A stretch of 63,993 bases of DNA, the filler included, from Porpidia crustulata (Eukaryota): the NCBI GenBank assembly GCA_964255105.1. It is 17 parts of 17 records of this genome, joined end to end, with 100 filler letters (N's around TTAATTAATTAA, not from the genome) between each part and the next. Parts side by side here need not be neighbours in the genome. Positions count along the whole stretch, not along the records: positions 42,320 to 46,042 come from CAXUWE010002246.1; positions 46,143 to 49,860 come from CAXUWE010002247.1; positions 49,961 to 53,673 come from CAXUWE010002248.1; positions 53,774 to 57,481 come from CAXUWE010002249.1; positions 57,582 to 61,287 come from CAXUWE010002250.1; 12 more parts are not named here. One strand, given 5' to 3'. The position numbers and the translations under genes are program-made. Below the pieces are notes generated by a model. The model ran no database searches and was not told the origin of the DNA. It saw only the letters and a list, made by a program, of their open reading frames with translations. Positions 45,538 to 57,785 of the stretch are shown here, one piece after another. Each line of letters opens with the position of its first letter. The stretch's first letter is position 1.

Positions 45538-46042
45538 CGCAGAGACCAGGACCGAGCGATTTAGGTGATTACGCGGCCGGAAAAGTAGAACTGAGGCAGG
45601 GGTGGGGACTTCATGTTTCTAGGAAAGCAGAAAATAAGCCCGGGAGGTGGAACCTGATGAGGTTCGCACTGAAGACGTACCGTTTGACTGCGCCGTCTTG
45701 GCTGTAGGCTGTATCTATCCACTGATCATACAATCGTAGAACAAGCCGCAAGACCTCTGCGTGATCCGTGAACAGGGACATCTTCGAATTCGGGACATCT
45801 GCAGGAGAGGTAGATGTGACGCTAGAATTGCCTTTCACTAGGAGGAGTTCTCACCGTTCTATCGCGGCCTTGCGAGCGACGTTGCAAGGCGCGGAGCTAA
45901 AGTCAACCCTATGGCCAGCTAGATAAGCGGGGGTCGAACTATCTAGCATCGCCTCCTCAAAGTAAAACTCCCATATTACTACAACTACTAGTAAATCCCA
46001 CTGCACTCCCAATCCTCCAGGTCTCCAAATCCCCACAATGAC

Positions 46043-46142
46043 NNNNNNNNNNNNNNNNNNNNNNNNNNNNNNNNNNNNNNNNNNNNTTAATTAATTAANN
46101 NNNNNNNNNNNNNNNNNNNNNNNNNNNNNNNNNNNNNNNNNN
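46043..46142. other. Artificial contig spacer
   Basis: 44N-TTAATTAATTAA-44N. Confidence 0.99.
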
Positions 46143-47225
46143 CCCCCCAAACTAACCCCCGACCTTGCACCACTTGACCAACACTACGAAGAAGAAGAAG
46201 AACAACAACAACAAGAAAAAAGGCTCGCTGCATGAATCTCGCGACGGTCCCCGGGTTAGTGGGCCACGGTATCAAGCGCCTGACGGGATAGCTGATTGGC
46301 CGAGTCAAGAGATGCGAAATATGGCGGAGTAGATAGATACTACCGCATCACCCACCAGACGAATTTTAAAATTATTTTTTTAAAAAAAAAAGTGGAAAAA
46401 GGAAAAAAGATCGAGGGATCAAGGGATGGATGCATGCTCCCCAAAAAAGCCTTTAATCGGCTATTCAGAGGATTGTTTTTGCACTTTGTAGTATGCTAGA
46501 AAGACCATTCTGGGTCAACAAAGCACAAGACACAAATCATAAATCACAGCATCTGAGGAGGCGTAGATATATCTACACCCTCGATTCGAAGGTCACTTGG
46601 ATTGATGTCGACATGGTTTGTCTTTTCAATTTCATCTTTCCTAAGAAGGAGTAGATCTCTAAGATATGAGCGACTAGGCTACGTACAGGGGAGATAAAGT
46701 AAAAGTGTGGGGAAATGTTATAAAAGATATTGTGCCGATTGGATGTAGCTGTGTCAGAAGTCAAGGCACCATCAACGGCTCTGCACCGTTGATGGTGCCT
46801 TGACTTCCGATACACTCTGCGTGCTGTTTCCGAGAAGAAAGGAAAAAAAGAGATCCATCGTGGTTTCATTCGTGCGTAATCGATGCTGCTATTTTTGAGG
46901 GTTTGAAAGCGAGCGTGATATGCTGAACGTTTGGTAAGATGCTGCAAGTAGCTTCTGATGTGCGGGTTCGAGTCGATATGGAAATGTTCGGAATACCCTA
47001 GTGCTGAATGGGTCGAGTTTGGGGTGATAAAATACCGAAAGCATCGAGGTTCTGCCAAATTAAACCCAGTCGAATCCGAAATCATGACAGATGCCATGTA
47101 AAGATGTCCGAAAAAGAGTACCGCCAAAGATATCCGAGATTCAGGATGTTTAGTCCACGCGCCCACACGCGTCCAAATCCATAACTCCACGCTTCCATGA
47201 TTCTCAATATTCCGTCAAACCAACT

Positions 47226-48500
47226 TCACCACCCATCATCAACGAGATTGAGAATCCGGATCCTCCTGCGCTTCCCCAACGCCTTCTCCTTCTCGTCTTC
47301 CTCCTCGTCGCGGAATTCCTTGCCCAAAATCGTCTTCTGCAGGATATACGCCTCGACTTCGAGCACCGTGTTAGGCGTCATCGAATTCTTCAGCTTGACC
47401 TTACATTCCGTAATCCCCATCTCCTCCCATGCGTAATACGGCAGCTTCCAGTCGGCATTCCGACCGAAGAGGACAGGGATGTCGTTGATAATCAGGTCGA
47501 GGCTGAGGCGCTTGATGCCGGTGAGGACCTCCTGAGCTTGCCACATGAGATCGTCCCAGCCATGGTCGTCTTTGATTTTCCAGGTACAGAAGTCGGTGTA
47601 TTCGGGGTTTCCAGCCGTGTAGTGCTTCAGGGCAAGGCTTTGGATTGCGGCCGCGGTCTTGGGACGGATGGCGGCAAGGAAGGCTTTGAGTGTTCCTGGA
47701 ACACTGAATCCAAACGTACTGGAGGCGTAAAAAAGTCCTGTAGCTTCTTCATTAACTCGCTTACAGGTGAGTAGGATGGCAGCGGGACCGGGGGATAGAT
47801 GGTAAGGCACCATCATCTCGGTGCTTCGGATACGACGGGGGTAGTCGAGGAGACGACGGTTGTAGCCGGCTGTGGCACCGAGTTCAGGCCCCGCTCTCGC
47901 TCTTCCATTTCGCTTGGGAAGGTAGTAAGTAAGGTACTTTCGCGGAGTTTTAGGAATCCATTTGAGCACATAGAATTCTTCGACGAAGGCATACGCGTAA
48001 ATTTTGTTGCGCAGCTCGCCTGGTAACGCAAGGAAGGAGATGGTCTGGACGCGATCTGATGCTGGCGCTGGTGGTGGCAGGTTGACAGAGACTTGTCGAC
48101 GATCGATTGGTTGAAGGGGTGGAAATACCGGATAGTTGATGGGACGTGGGATAAATTGCACTGGGGGACAGCTTGTTTTCTGCCAAATCGAAATACCAGC
48201 ATTCTCGTAGATAGGCCCGCACTTCTTTGAGTGTACTCGATGGCCCTTACCTCGGACCGTTGGACGACCATTCATATGCTTAGAGCCACAAGTAGCCTGC
48301 CGGTTGGAAGCAGTAGTCATCGGCTGACCAGGGAGACGAACAATGGGACGAGGACCAAATCGAATAGCAGGTTTGACCACAACTGGCTTAGGAGGTTCTT
48401 TTTTCTTCCGTTCAGCCTCGATCAGCTTCTCGATTGCCGCACGCTTTCCCGCCTGTGCTTTTGTCATATCGTGCAAAGGGCCTACTTTCTTGCGGCCCAT
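47226..48500 (-). CDS. Fungal protein with F-box-like motif (DUF7730-like)
   Basis: ATG 48500 MGRKKVG; SFLALPGELRNKIYAY and ILLTCKRVNEEATGLFY...F.F motifs. Confidence 0.8.
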   Translation of the reverse strand: MGRKKVGPLHDMTKAQAGKRAAIEKLIEAERKKKEPPKPVVVKPAIRFGPRPIVRLPGQPMTTASNRQATCGSKHMNGRPTVRGKGHRVHSKKCGPIYENAGISIWQKTSCPPVQFIPRPINYPVFPPLQPIDRRQVSVNLPPPAPASDRVQTISFLALPGELRNKIYAYAFVEEFYVLKWIPKTPRKYLTYYLPKRNGRARAGPELGATAGYNRRLLDYPRRIRSTEMMVPYHLSPGPAAILLTCKRVNEEATGLFYASSTFGFSVPGTLKAFLAAIRPKTAAAIQSLALKHYTAGNPEYTDFCTWKIKDDHGWDDLMWQAQEVLTGIKRLSLDLIINDIPVLFGRNADWKLPYYAWEEMGITECKVKLKNSMTPNTVLEVEAYILQKTILGKEFRDEEEDEKEKALGKRRRIRILNLVDDGW

Positions 48501-49258
48501 GATGGCGATTGCTTGTCTACTTAGAGCCTTTGGCTCATTTGAAGAGTTTAGACGCAAGATCTTCTTGAATAAATGATGGTAGAGAGCAAAATCCAAAGAT
48601 GTCAATGTTGTAGAGGAATGGAAATTGGCAGTAGGACGAGGTTAGAATAAAGATGAAAAAGATTCAATGGCGCATAAGGCAAACAGGGACGGAGAGTAAG
48701 CTAAGGGACCCAATAGAAAGGCGAGAAGTAGTGAAGCTGAAGATGAAGGAATCTTCTTATTGTTAGGGACAGGCAACGCTCATGGTAAGTGAAGCAGCTG
48801 CCTCAATAAGCACAGCCAACAGAGGCTGGCTTCCTATTGTCGACCAGTGGACAGATAATAGATGAAGTTGAAGGGGGTTTGAGTGTAGTACTTCAGCATC
48901 AGAATGAAGTCGTCTCGACTTGTAGTCTCTCCGCCGGTCTGCGATGTTGATCGTTACATTATGACATTGGAGGTTTGTACCAGCCAAGGATGATGACTTT
49001 CCTCATTGCCACCGCTACATACTACCTTTACGACCTTACTTATTATTGGCAGGTACCATCGAGGGACACAATGGCATTCCGAGTAGATGTTGAGGAAGTC
49101 CTTTGTGATATTGGATTATCCGGGTTAGATCTACACTATTTAGTGTACTCTGGGGGCTTGACTTCCGCCAATGCACTGCTGGTAGGCTAAGTCATCAGGG
49201 GTTTGAAAGATTGATATTGTTCGGAAGTAGTGATATGCAATTCAGAAGAACACTACGG

Positions 49259-49299
49259 AAGGTGAAAGGTGAAAGGTGAAAGGTGAAAGGTGAAAGGTG
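49259..49299 (+). repeat. (AAGGTGA)x5-6 tandem repeat
   Basis: Five perfect 7-mers plus AAGGTG. Confidence 0.9.
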
Positions 49300-49449
49300 G
49301 TAAACGCCTTTGTAAATGGATTAGGGCTATTTATCTATCTAAATATCTTATCTAGGTGTATCCACGCTGAAATGAGGTCATACCTACAAAATTGCTCACC
49401 CCAACCAACACCCATCACCCTCTTGCATTACCCTCCACAAACCATCCAC

Positions 49450-49719
49450 ATGTCCCCCAAACCCTTCACTCTTTTCGCTAAAACAGCATCACTCTCACCT
49501 TCGCCCTCGAATCTCCAAAAACATCACCTCTTCCTCCGCCGAGCCTACGCCCTCGGGAAACCATCAAACCCCGCCGCCCAACCATTAAAAGTTTGGCCGT
49601 TTGTTTTCATCCTCGCTGCCGGAACGGGATTGTACATGTTCATGGTGAAATCCCGCGCCAACGACGCTGTCGCAAAGCCCCGGTCGAAGAACATCAGCTC
49701 CTCCTCGACGCCCTCCTGA
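49450..49719 (+). CDS. Small single-TM protein, probably mitochondrial (89 aa)
   Basis: Basic, Ser-rich N-terminus ending RRAY (MPP-like site), then KVWPFVFILAAGTGLYMFMVKSR transmembrane segment. Confidence 0.65.
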   Translation: MSPKPFTLFAKTASLSPSPSNLQKHHLFLRRAYALGKPSNPAAQPLKVWPFVFILAAGTGLYMFMVKSRANDAVAKPRSKNISSSSTPS

Positions 49720-49776
49720 TCCCCCAAGTCCTGAAACCAACCCAGCCACATAACCTCCCAAACCCCACAAACCCTC

Positions 49777-49838
49777 ACCACAACAGTAATAACAACACAA
49801 ACGACAACAACACCAACAACACCAACAACAACAACAAT
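49777..49838 (+). repeat. Imperfect (CAA)n microsatellite
   Basis: caacaa caccaacaac accaacaaca acaacaa tract near the contig end. Confidence 0.8.
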
Positions 49839-49860
49839 GCCACCCACCACCCCCCGACTC

Positions 49861-49960
49861 NNNNNNNNNNNNNNNNNNNNNNNNNNNNNNNNNNNNNNNN
49901 NNNNTTAATTAATTAANNNNNNNNNNNNNNNNNNNNNNNNNNNNNNNNNNNNNNNNNNNN
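49861..49960. other. Artificial contig spacer
   Basis: 44N-TTAATTAATTAA-44N. Confidence 0.99.
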
Positions 49961-50384
49961 GGCTGTCTGCGGCAGGATAAAAGAGATGGGTTTCGAATAT
50001 CTGGGTGCCGATGCTCGCATCCAGTACCTACCAGAGATGTATACCTGATCTTTGTCGTCAAACCGTTTTCCGTCGATTTCAGACATAATTATGTTCAACG
50101 AATCCCGTACGATATTCAATATATTGTTGACTAAGTGCCCAAAGGCCTACTAAATAGCTATTTATGACGAAGCAAAGCACTCAGCTCCACAGTTATCAAT
50201 ATTAAACATTATTAACTGTTTTATATACGTTTAATTTAAAATTTTAAAAAATTCTTTAATACGTTCTTTGAACATGTTAAAAATGTCTTTGTTAAAGTTA
50301 TTCTCATGTCAGTCATTAACTCTGATGCGAATGTAGCTAAGCTTGAAGATAAATCTTTATTTGCTCTTTCAATTCGCTTATAAT

Positions 50385-51374
50385 TTACATTGTGCCAGTA
50401 ATACCACCGCTAACTGAAATATATTGTGCAGTAATCCAACGGCTCTTCTCTGATACAAGAAGAAGTGCAGCATCAGCAACATCCTCAGCTCTCCCAATGC
50501 GCTCCTCCGCGCGTGCCATTGCCACAAAGTTGTGATGCATTTCGCTTGGGGATCCTTCAGGCGTTATAAGGTATTGCTCGGACGTGTCCGTTGGAACTGG
50601 TCCAAGTGCAAGTGTATTGACCGTGATTCCGTGTTTGAAGCCGAGCTGCCCAAGCCTGTTAGCAAAAGCATTTTTGTACTTGCAGAGAAAAGGCAAGATG
50701 TAATTACTTCGCTAGCCCAAGATGCTGTTAAACTATCCTGAGCCGCTTTTGCAGCAGCATAGACTGCGGCAACAGCCATACCCATTTTCGAGACAACGCT
50801 GCCAATGTTTAGGATGCGACCACCCCTTGGCATTTTACCGATGTTGACAACCGCTTGAGTTAGATAAAGTGGACCGTAGACATTAACGCCAAATGAGCTT
50901 TCGACATGCTCCGGCGTTTCCTCCAAAAGAGGTTGGGAACTCCCATCCGCTGCATTGTTGACTAGAACATGGAGACATTTAGTACCATCCTGACCTCGAT
51001 CTAAGAAGCAAAAAGGGGAGCGGAGAAGGAACAAGGTGGGAGGCGCCATGTGCCAGCGTTTCACGCCATAACTTACCAAGAATATCGATGTGGTCAACGT
51101 CAAGACCTCGGAGAGCTTGTGATACCATTTCCCTTGTAGCTTTATAGTCACGCACAGAACCATGAACGACGGTCGTTTTGGTTCTAAACTCATTCGCAAT
51201 GTTGGCCGCAAATTTCTCTGCCCGTGGCTTTGACTCTTCTGACACATAATGAATCGCTACAGCTGCGCCATTTTTGGCAAAGCCTCTGGCAATAGCGGCG
51301 CCAACTCCATTCTCTCTCCCTGAACCAGTAATCAGGGCGGTCTTGCCCGCGAGCGAGAGGGTATCCGGAGCCAT
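50385..51374 (-). CDS. Short-chain dehydrogenase/reductase (classical SDR, 3 exons)
   Basis: GKTALITGSGRENGVG, IDIL/VNNAA, GGRILNIGS, YAAAK (YxxxK), GITVN.LA.GP..TD, DVADA....SEKSRWIT.Q.ISV.GG. Confidence 0.93.
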
Positions 51375-52252
51375 AGTTGTTCGGGCACGCTGTTAAAGAA
51401 GGATGTCGATGCGAGAGATAGAAAGCAGAATTAATTTGGAGACTAAGTGGACTGAACAGTGGATTACATATTGAACTTCAACGAATGGGAACAAGGGTCC
51501 ATGTTTACAAACCATACAACCGATTCGGCGGTTATGGACCCGGCTGTGATGTCATTATGCTTAACGTTCTGAGTCACAGGTCTCCGTAAAAATAATTACA
51601 AAGATTCGAAGGAAATATACAGGGAGACACGTACGTTCAATGCAAAGGGATCATCGGGGAAACGGAACGGATTCCCGCGGCGCTGTCTACGTCGGTATCT
51701 GGGGTATAATTATTGTTAGCCTCAGACTAAAAAGGGGATACTGTCAGAGTGTGCGACCAGGGTACGGAATATTCATCTACCTACATACCCACAGAAAATA
51801 GGACTTATCACACCTCGACCAAAAGGCTTTCGCGGCCAATTGTCTCGGCTTTTCTTCCTATTTATTCTGTACTCCCCCCAATATTTTGAAGGGGGCCTCC
51901 AAGTCCACCTATTGGTGCGAAATAGGTTGGGTTTGTTGGGTGAAACCCAAACCAACGGTCACACTAACTACTACTGCTGTAATTGAAGGTTAGGTTCTGA
52001 AGCATTTAAGACATCTGAGACATTTAAAACATCTAGATTTACTTGAGACATCTTGAGAATCAGTAATATGTGATTCTGGACTGATTGAGACCGATTTGGG
52101 TCGACTTGAGGTATATCAGCCAAACGACCTTCTTCGAAACGACCCAGATCTTGCGGGCGCAGCCTGATTAAATACAGCCTGAGCGGTTTACGTGAGACGT
52201 CGAGTCCAATTATTAACAATTCCGTTTATTTGCCCGATGTCTCCGAGACGAA

Positions 52253-53365
52253 CTATTCCTTCCAAAACTGAGCTACTTCGAGGATTCGAAGCAAATACTT
52301 TAGCACTACTCCAGCTTCCAGTTCGTTCACCGCTTGCTTGCTATAGATCTTCTAATTACCAAAACTATAATCACTCAGTTCTTTCACGGTCCGGAAGACC
52401 TGAACGTGTTTGCCACCACTACGGCCCCATTCGATGAGATCGATGATATTGACGTGACGACCTCTGACGGCCTGTTTCGTGGATAAGCGCTCATGTAATC
52501 GAAGTAAAAGGGATTGTGGACCTACCGATCGACATAGCTCACACGTTGTAGGGAAGGGCTCGATGCGAACCCCCCGGCAAAGGGAGTGCCATGCGTCCAG
52601 GTTATCTTCGGTACCAAACCACAGATTAAATTCCTGTGTTAGCGCCGCTTGATAACAGTTCCACAGTTTTTTGCATTCGGGGTGATCACGCCCCCATCCG
52701 TGACGTTTCTGCAGATGGTTTTGAAGGGAATTGAACGAGACGGCAGACGGTGTGGAGGCGTCATAACGGAAAGAGTGATATAGTTGGAAGAAGCTATCCA
52801 AAGGGCCGTCAATGATCGGAGGTTCCGAATCGTAGCTGAGGCAGGAATGTGATGCCTTTTGCTGAAATTTGATGATGGCATTACAAGACGGACAGGTGTA
52901 GCTTTGTAACACGGGAGGTTTCGGTTTTGCAATCTTTCTTTCTTTGACCTCATTCGCCACTAGCGTCCTTGACGTTGTAGATCTTACTTGCAGCGGGATC
53001 AGAAGAATTGATGGTCCAGATATTAGCTTTTTGGCATGTGTTTTCCCGGCAAGATGATCAGCTTTGGAAACAAGTTGCATTTCCCGGTCGCAGAGTGTAC
53101 ATATCCAAAGGGCGCCGCCGAATGAAGCTGATACAGCGGCATCATCTAGCGGTCTGACTTCTGTCTGCGTAGACTCAGCTGGTCGCTGAAGGGTCAAGGG
53201 GAACGCGGAGGCAGGATATCTAAGTTCCTCAATTCGGGACGCTAAAACGCTAGCACTGAGCTGTGCAAGACGAGCCTTGTGGTCATAACTGTTGATATGC
53301 GCCGGTCCGTCTTCTACCATCATGAGAAGGGAACAGATTGTACAATTCCATATGATTTGTGACAT
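52253..53365 (-). CDS. U1-type C2H2 zinc-finger protein with a conserved fungal C-terminal domain; in-frame TAG at 52352-52354
   Basis: W.CTIC...H.NS.DH and WICTLC...DHLAGKTH; domain FN..FG...L..W..LC....I...P.....C.....HVNIIDL......V..F.T..EL..Y; 54-nt in-frame intron after CRS; family-like tail continues past the TAG. Confidence 0.75.
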
Positions 53366-53673
53366 TGAATTTGATGTCCCCGAGATAATCGTCGTGCCAA
53401 GTGTAAATTGAATTCAAAGGTTTTGTCCTATTCTCTCTCTAGCATTGGTGGGGTCGCTGTGACACATCCTGTAATGTTCATCATGATTGGATGAAAATCC
53501 GATGTGTACGAATTTCGCTGTAAGATTGCGTATCGACTTCTCTGCATGTTTCTTTCACCTCGCTCGTCATCACACTTGCATTCATCTTCAAAAATCTGCG
53601 AAAATCTCCGAGGTTTTCATACAGAGTTCTAATTTCCTTTCCTCTCAATCGCCGTCCCTCCCATCTCCCCCGT

Positions 53674-53773
53674 NNNNNNNNNNNNNNNNNNNNNNNNNNN
53701 NNNNNNNNNNNNNNNNNTTAATTAATTAANNNNNNNNNNNNNNNNNNNNNNNNNNNNNNNNNNNNNNNNNNNN
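53674..53773. other. Artificial contig spacer
   Basis: 44N-TTAATTAATTAA-44N. Confidence 0.99.
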
Positions 53774-53910
53774 GATCCATCCCACCCCAGAAGGAATGTT
53801 TACCAGTCCCACCGATATAACCCGCAAACGTGCTTTAGGCCATGGACGCAGAAGGCTGGGGCAACCACCCCCCCTTTCCCCCCTGAGGCGCACCCATACA
53901 CCCACGCACT

Positions 53911-53924
53911 CACACACACACACA
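53911..53924 (+). repeat. (CA)7 microsatellite
   Basis: cacacacacacaca. Confidence 0.85.
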
Positions 53925-54908
53925 TCATTCGCAACCGCGCAACCGTAACTTTACCGTTATGCACCCAAGGGAGGGAGATCTTACCTCTTTGAGGCAGGAA
54001 GAAGCGGTGAGTTCGAGGCGGACATTTGTTGTAGATACACGTTGAACACCGACCGCATGTTGATATGTGTCATGCAAAAAATCAACTACGTAACGGTTCT
54101 GGGATGTTTTTTGCTCTAGAAAAAAACTCAAAACGGCTCGTGTTGGCGCAAGCGTCAACGTCGAGGCTGATCAGCTTGGTGGTAGATTTCACATGGGAGG
54201 AATCATAGATACCTTGGTACTTGGTAGTGAGTGATCGAGTCAAGGTCTACCCTGGGGAGGGATTCAATCATAGGCCACACTACCTGAGCACGACGATGTC
54301 GTATGCGAGCGGATGGTCATCGAAGACCAATTAAGCACATAGTCATGTCAGTCACACAATGAGATGCAGTCATATCTCGTAAACTTTGCATGTGCATCGG
54401 AATATGGAGAACCTGAAATCGTATCATGAGCAACTATGGTACAGCAATGTGCTTCTAGTTCTAATGGCCGAACTTTCTAACGTCGGAAGCCTGTCTTCTC
54501 CTGCCGCCCTTCCGGGTATAGCGTCCCCCAACAGCCCTCCGTTGGGCACAATGTACACGATGGACGCAAAGGCAAGAAGGAGCTACTATAGCTTCCCCCA
54601 AGCTCCATCAAAGCTCCGATGTACACGGGAGGTTGCCCCGTCGCCATGTGACGCGGCGGAAAATAAAACACGCAATCGACACTGCAAAGTGCGGAGCGCA
54701 GAGCAGTGTGGTGGTATCATGTGAGAAAAAATTGCAAGCCTAGCCTCCCGAAATTTTGGTGCTCTCCGAAATATGAATGCGCCAGCGATAGCCCAGTGAA
54801 GAATGCAAATCCCGTGGCCTCGCTATGTATATGCAGAGCTCGAAAGCGCTAATGTATCGATGTACAAGAATGGGAGAAGTATGATGCCGAGAATGTGTCT
54901 TGACCTAT

Positions 54909-56632
54909 TTACCATCCCGTCTGATGGTATTCGCCAAGCCCGTGGTCAAAGTAGTGGTTCCATGAATTATTCTTTGACGCCTCTTTAGATGCCTGCCCAG
55001 TAATCTGTCCTGGATACTCTTGGAGGTTGGCCACGTCGTGAGCCGTATGTCGTCGTTTGAGGACAGCATTGGCGGTCGTGCTCTTCTGTTGGCGCTCCCA
55101 AAGTAAATGTTTCCGTAAAGATTGAGTGAGCTCCGTAGCGAGCATATTGCGACGCGTAGTCCGTGGGGAGAGCGCGGGTGGGTGTGTATTAGATGTAGTC
55201 ATGATGATTGGTTTCGATCGCGTCATGTTTGGAGGAAGCATTGATAGTCCAGAGTCCTCCTCTTCAGGCGATGTCCCTGCAGAAGGACCACTGGGCGGGG
55301 ATATTCTAGAGCGCTGTAGAGCTGAAGTCGACTTTGATGCCAGATTTGCAAACGCGGCCGCTCGATCAGGTTGATGCATAAGGGTTGTGAGCAGTGATCG
55401 TCGTGATGTGATCTGAGGTCTTGAATCAACTCTCTGAAACAGCTGCTTGTCGTTCGTAAGAGGCTCTGCATTGTCTGACACCGAATCTTCCCAGTCCGAT
55501 CCGTCATCTTCATCCTCCTCCTCATCGTCTTCAATGGCGCTTCCAGGCGCGTCCTCTTCATCGTCCGACTCAAAGACATCCTCGTCTTCGTGTGACTTGT
55601 GATTGATCGTCCGCGATTCCACTTCGTCTTTGAAAGACGTTTGCTTCTTATTCCTTAGCGGAAGCCTCAAACCTGCGGTTAACGAGCTCTGCCGTGATGG
55701 TTGACACGACATCTGCTCTTCAAATGAGCTTTCATCTTCGCCCGATGAACCGCCGAGAAAGAACTTGCCGCCCATCTTCGGTCCATCAGGTTTCGATAGA
55801 CCTGGTTTCGTGGGAATAGGAGCAGGTGCAAGGTGCGAGTACGATCGATGTGATGACGAAACTTGGCTGGGAGAGAATCCACGTACAACGCTGTGGGATG
55901 TGAGGAGTTCCGCACTGGTGTCAGATCCAACAGTCTGCCTTGAGCTGTGCTCACTTCCTGGACTGCTGAGTGGAGCGGTTGATGATGATGACTCGGACGA
56001 GCGTAGAGATGCGTGCATCGTAGGAGACGCCGGTCGAGGAGTGATGTCGGTCGAAGGCATAATCGACGGTACGGCGTGAGCAATTGATGGGGAGAGCGGT
56101 CCCACTTTCTGCTGCTCATTGATGGAGAGTACCATCCTTTCCAAGCGTAACGACGTGATGTGTTTCTCTCGACCTCCACTCACTGCTTTCACAGACTCGT
56201 CCGAGCTATGTACAGGCGACGATCGAATATCAAGAGGCGCCGTCCTCAATGACTGTTGACCCTCGAAGCGGTCCGCTTCGTCTGATGATATCGAATCCAC
56301 ACTCGCAGACAATTCAGGAATGTCGGTGGCCCGCGGTCTCGATCGAAACAAGTTGATTCCTGGCGTCGTGCTACTTTGTGGTTGCAACTCACAGCAAAGT
56401 GTTTCACGATTCCATATCCGCCAGCTCAGGTTCTCGAGCCGCCGGCCGTTCTCCATCGATTCGGCGCACTTTGAAAAGACTGGAGTCCACTTAGCGATTG
56501 GGACGAGGATGTGGCAAACAATTCATGCTTACCGCTCCACATGCCAAACAAGTTCTCCACATTCCTCGGGTCGACTTTGTGCATTTTGGCCACGTCCACC
56601 TTCAACATCGGCGTCTCCATTTTGAAAGGCAT
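54909..56632 (-). CDS. DUF1752/DUF3295 protein (Mks1-like regulator)
   Basis: Exon 1 MPFKMETP...LFGMWS, intron, then VFSKCAESMENGRRLENLSWRIW; C-terminal SPRTTRRNMLATELT.SLR.HLLWERQQK...YH.TGW. Confidence 0.9.
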
Positions 56633-57481
56633 AACGCCTCCAAGATGAAATTTAGTCAGACGCAAGGTGAACGAGAAGTATTGTTTTGGGGGTTTTTGTT
56701 GGGCAGAGGACCGATTGCGTCAGAGCCCGCAAGCCGCCGAGGTACCTTCCCAGAATATGTGGGTAAGATATACGGTGAGAAGTTCGCAATTGCCGGATGA
56801 TAGCGGTGCGACTTTGTAGGAATGAATCGTGAATTGAAGTGTTGGGGTGAAGCGGTGGAGAGTGAAGTACCTGAATAAGGGAAGGTGGAGGGGGGGGTGG
56901 TGTTGGAAGAGATGGTTGTGTTCAGCGAACGTGGGTGATAAGGTGGTTTTGTCTGGAAGCGTGTCTGTTCTGCACGCACGCCGTATTTTATGCCGCAGTA
57001 CCTTATAATGCCGAATACGAATATTCGACCGTTCGATTTGTTCTCGGTAAATAAAGAAAAGGTTCACCTGCCAGCCGGAAATCGATATTATTACATATGT
57101 ATTTTCAAATATTGTTCTCGTCTCGATGCATGTGGGACTCAGGTGTAGGGAAGTTTAATAATCTGCATTTAGAGGGGACCCCGACACCTCATAAAGGATC
57201 TCTCCTACTGGTGTTTGTTTAGTCAGTTGCGGCACTCCCAATTTCATTCATCCTACAACAACAGAACAGTAATAAGAACGACCGACTGGATAAACTACTG
57301 GCGAAGTCGCGATACTGTGATAGCAGGTAATTGTGTATTTGCTAATTTCTACAGACTATGGAAGGTCTGAGACTCGACTGGCACACACATAATCTGCGCT
57401 ACCGGGGAAGTGGAAAGGGAAGGGTGAAGAAAGTTGTCTGAGCGGCGGCAAGCTTGATCTTACGAGTCACGGCCGCTGGAC

Positions 57482-57581
57482 NNNNNNNNNNNNNNNNNNN
57501 NNNNNNNNNNNNNNNNNNNNNNNNNTTAATTAATTAANNNNNNNNNNNNNNNNNNNNNNNNNNNNNNNNNNNNNNNNNNNN
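57482..57581. other. Artificial contig spacer
   Basis: 44N-TTAATTAATTAA-44N. Confidence 0.99.
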
Positions 57582-57785
57582 GTGGACGTAGTAGTCGGCG
57601 GGGAGGGGCGAGGAATACGGTGGATAATATGTTTGTGGCGATGATGGACGAGCGGAGGCGGGAATGGATGAGGAGGGATTGTAGGATGGGTAGACGGGCT
57701 GGCGAGGATTCCAGACTTCGGAAGCGGAGGAAGCTCGGTTGGATTTATCGGTGGGATTTCGTTGGTCCCAGGGATGGTTTGACAT
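57582..57785 (-). CDS. Hypothetical P/S/Y-rich N-terminus (3'-partial)
   Basis: ATG ORF MSNHPWDQRNP... open to the contig edge, preceded by a C/T-rich leader. Confidence 0.45.

Noticed and set aside
46573..47190. 205-aa minus-strand ORF
   Set aside because: GTG start, no domain-like pattern, lies in the probable 3' UTR of the upstream gene.
15443..51374. Apparent secondary-metabolite cluster of P450, methyltransferases, MFS, dioxygenase and SDR
   Set aside because: The genes sit on different contigs separated by spacers. Only the P450/methyltransferase and MFS/TauD pairs are physically linked.
15457..52354. Alternative genetic code to explain repeated in-frame stops
   Set aside because: The stops are of all three types and confined to accessory genes; conserved genes end normally at TAA, TAG or TGA.
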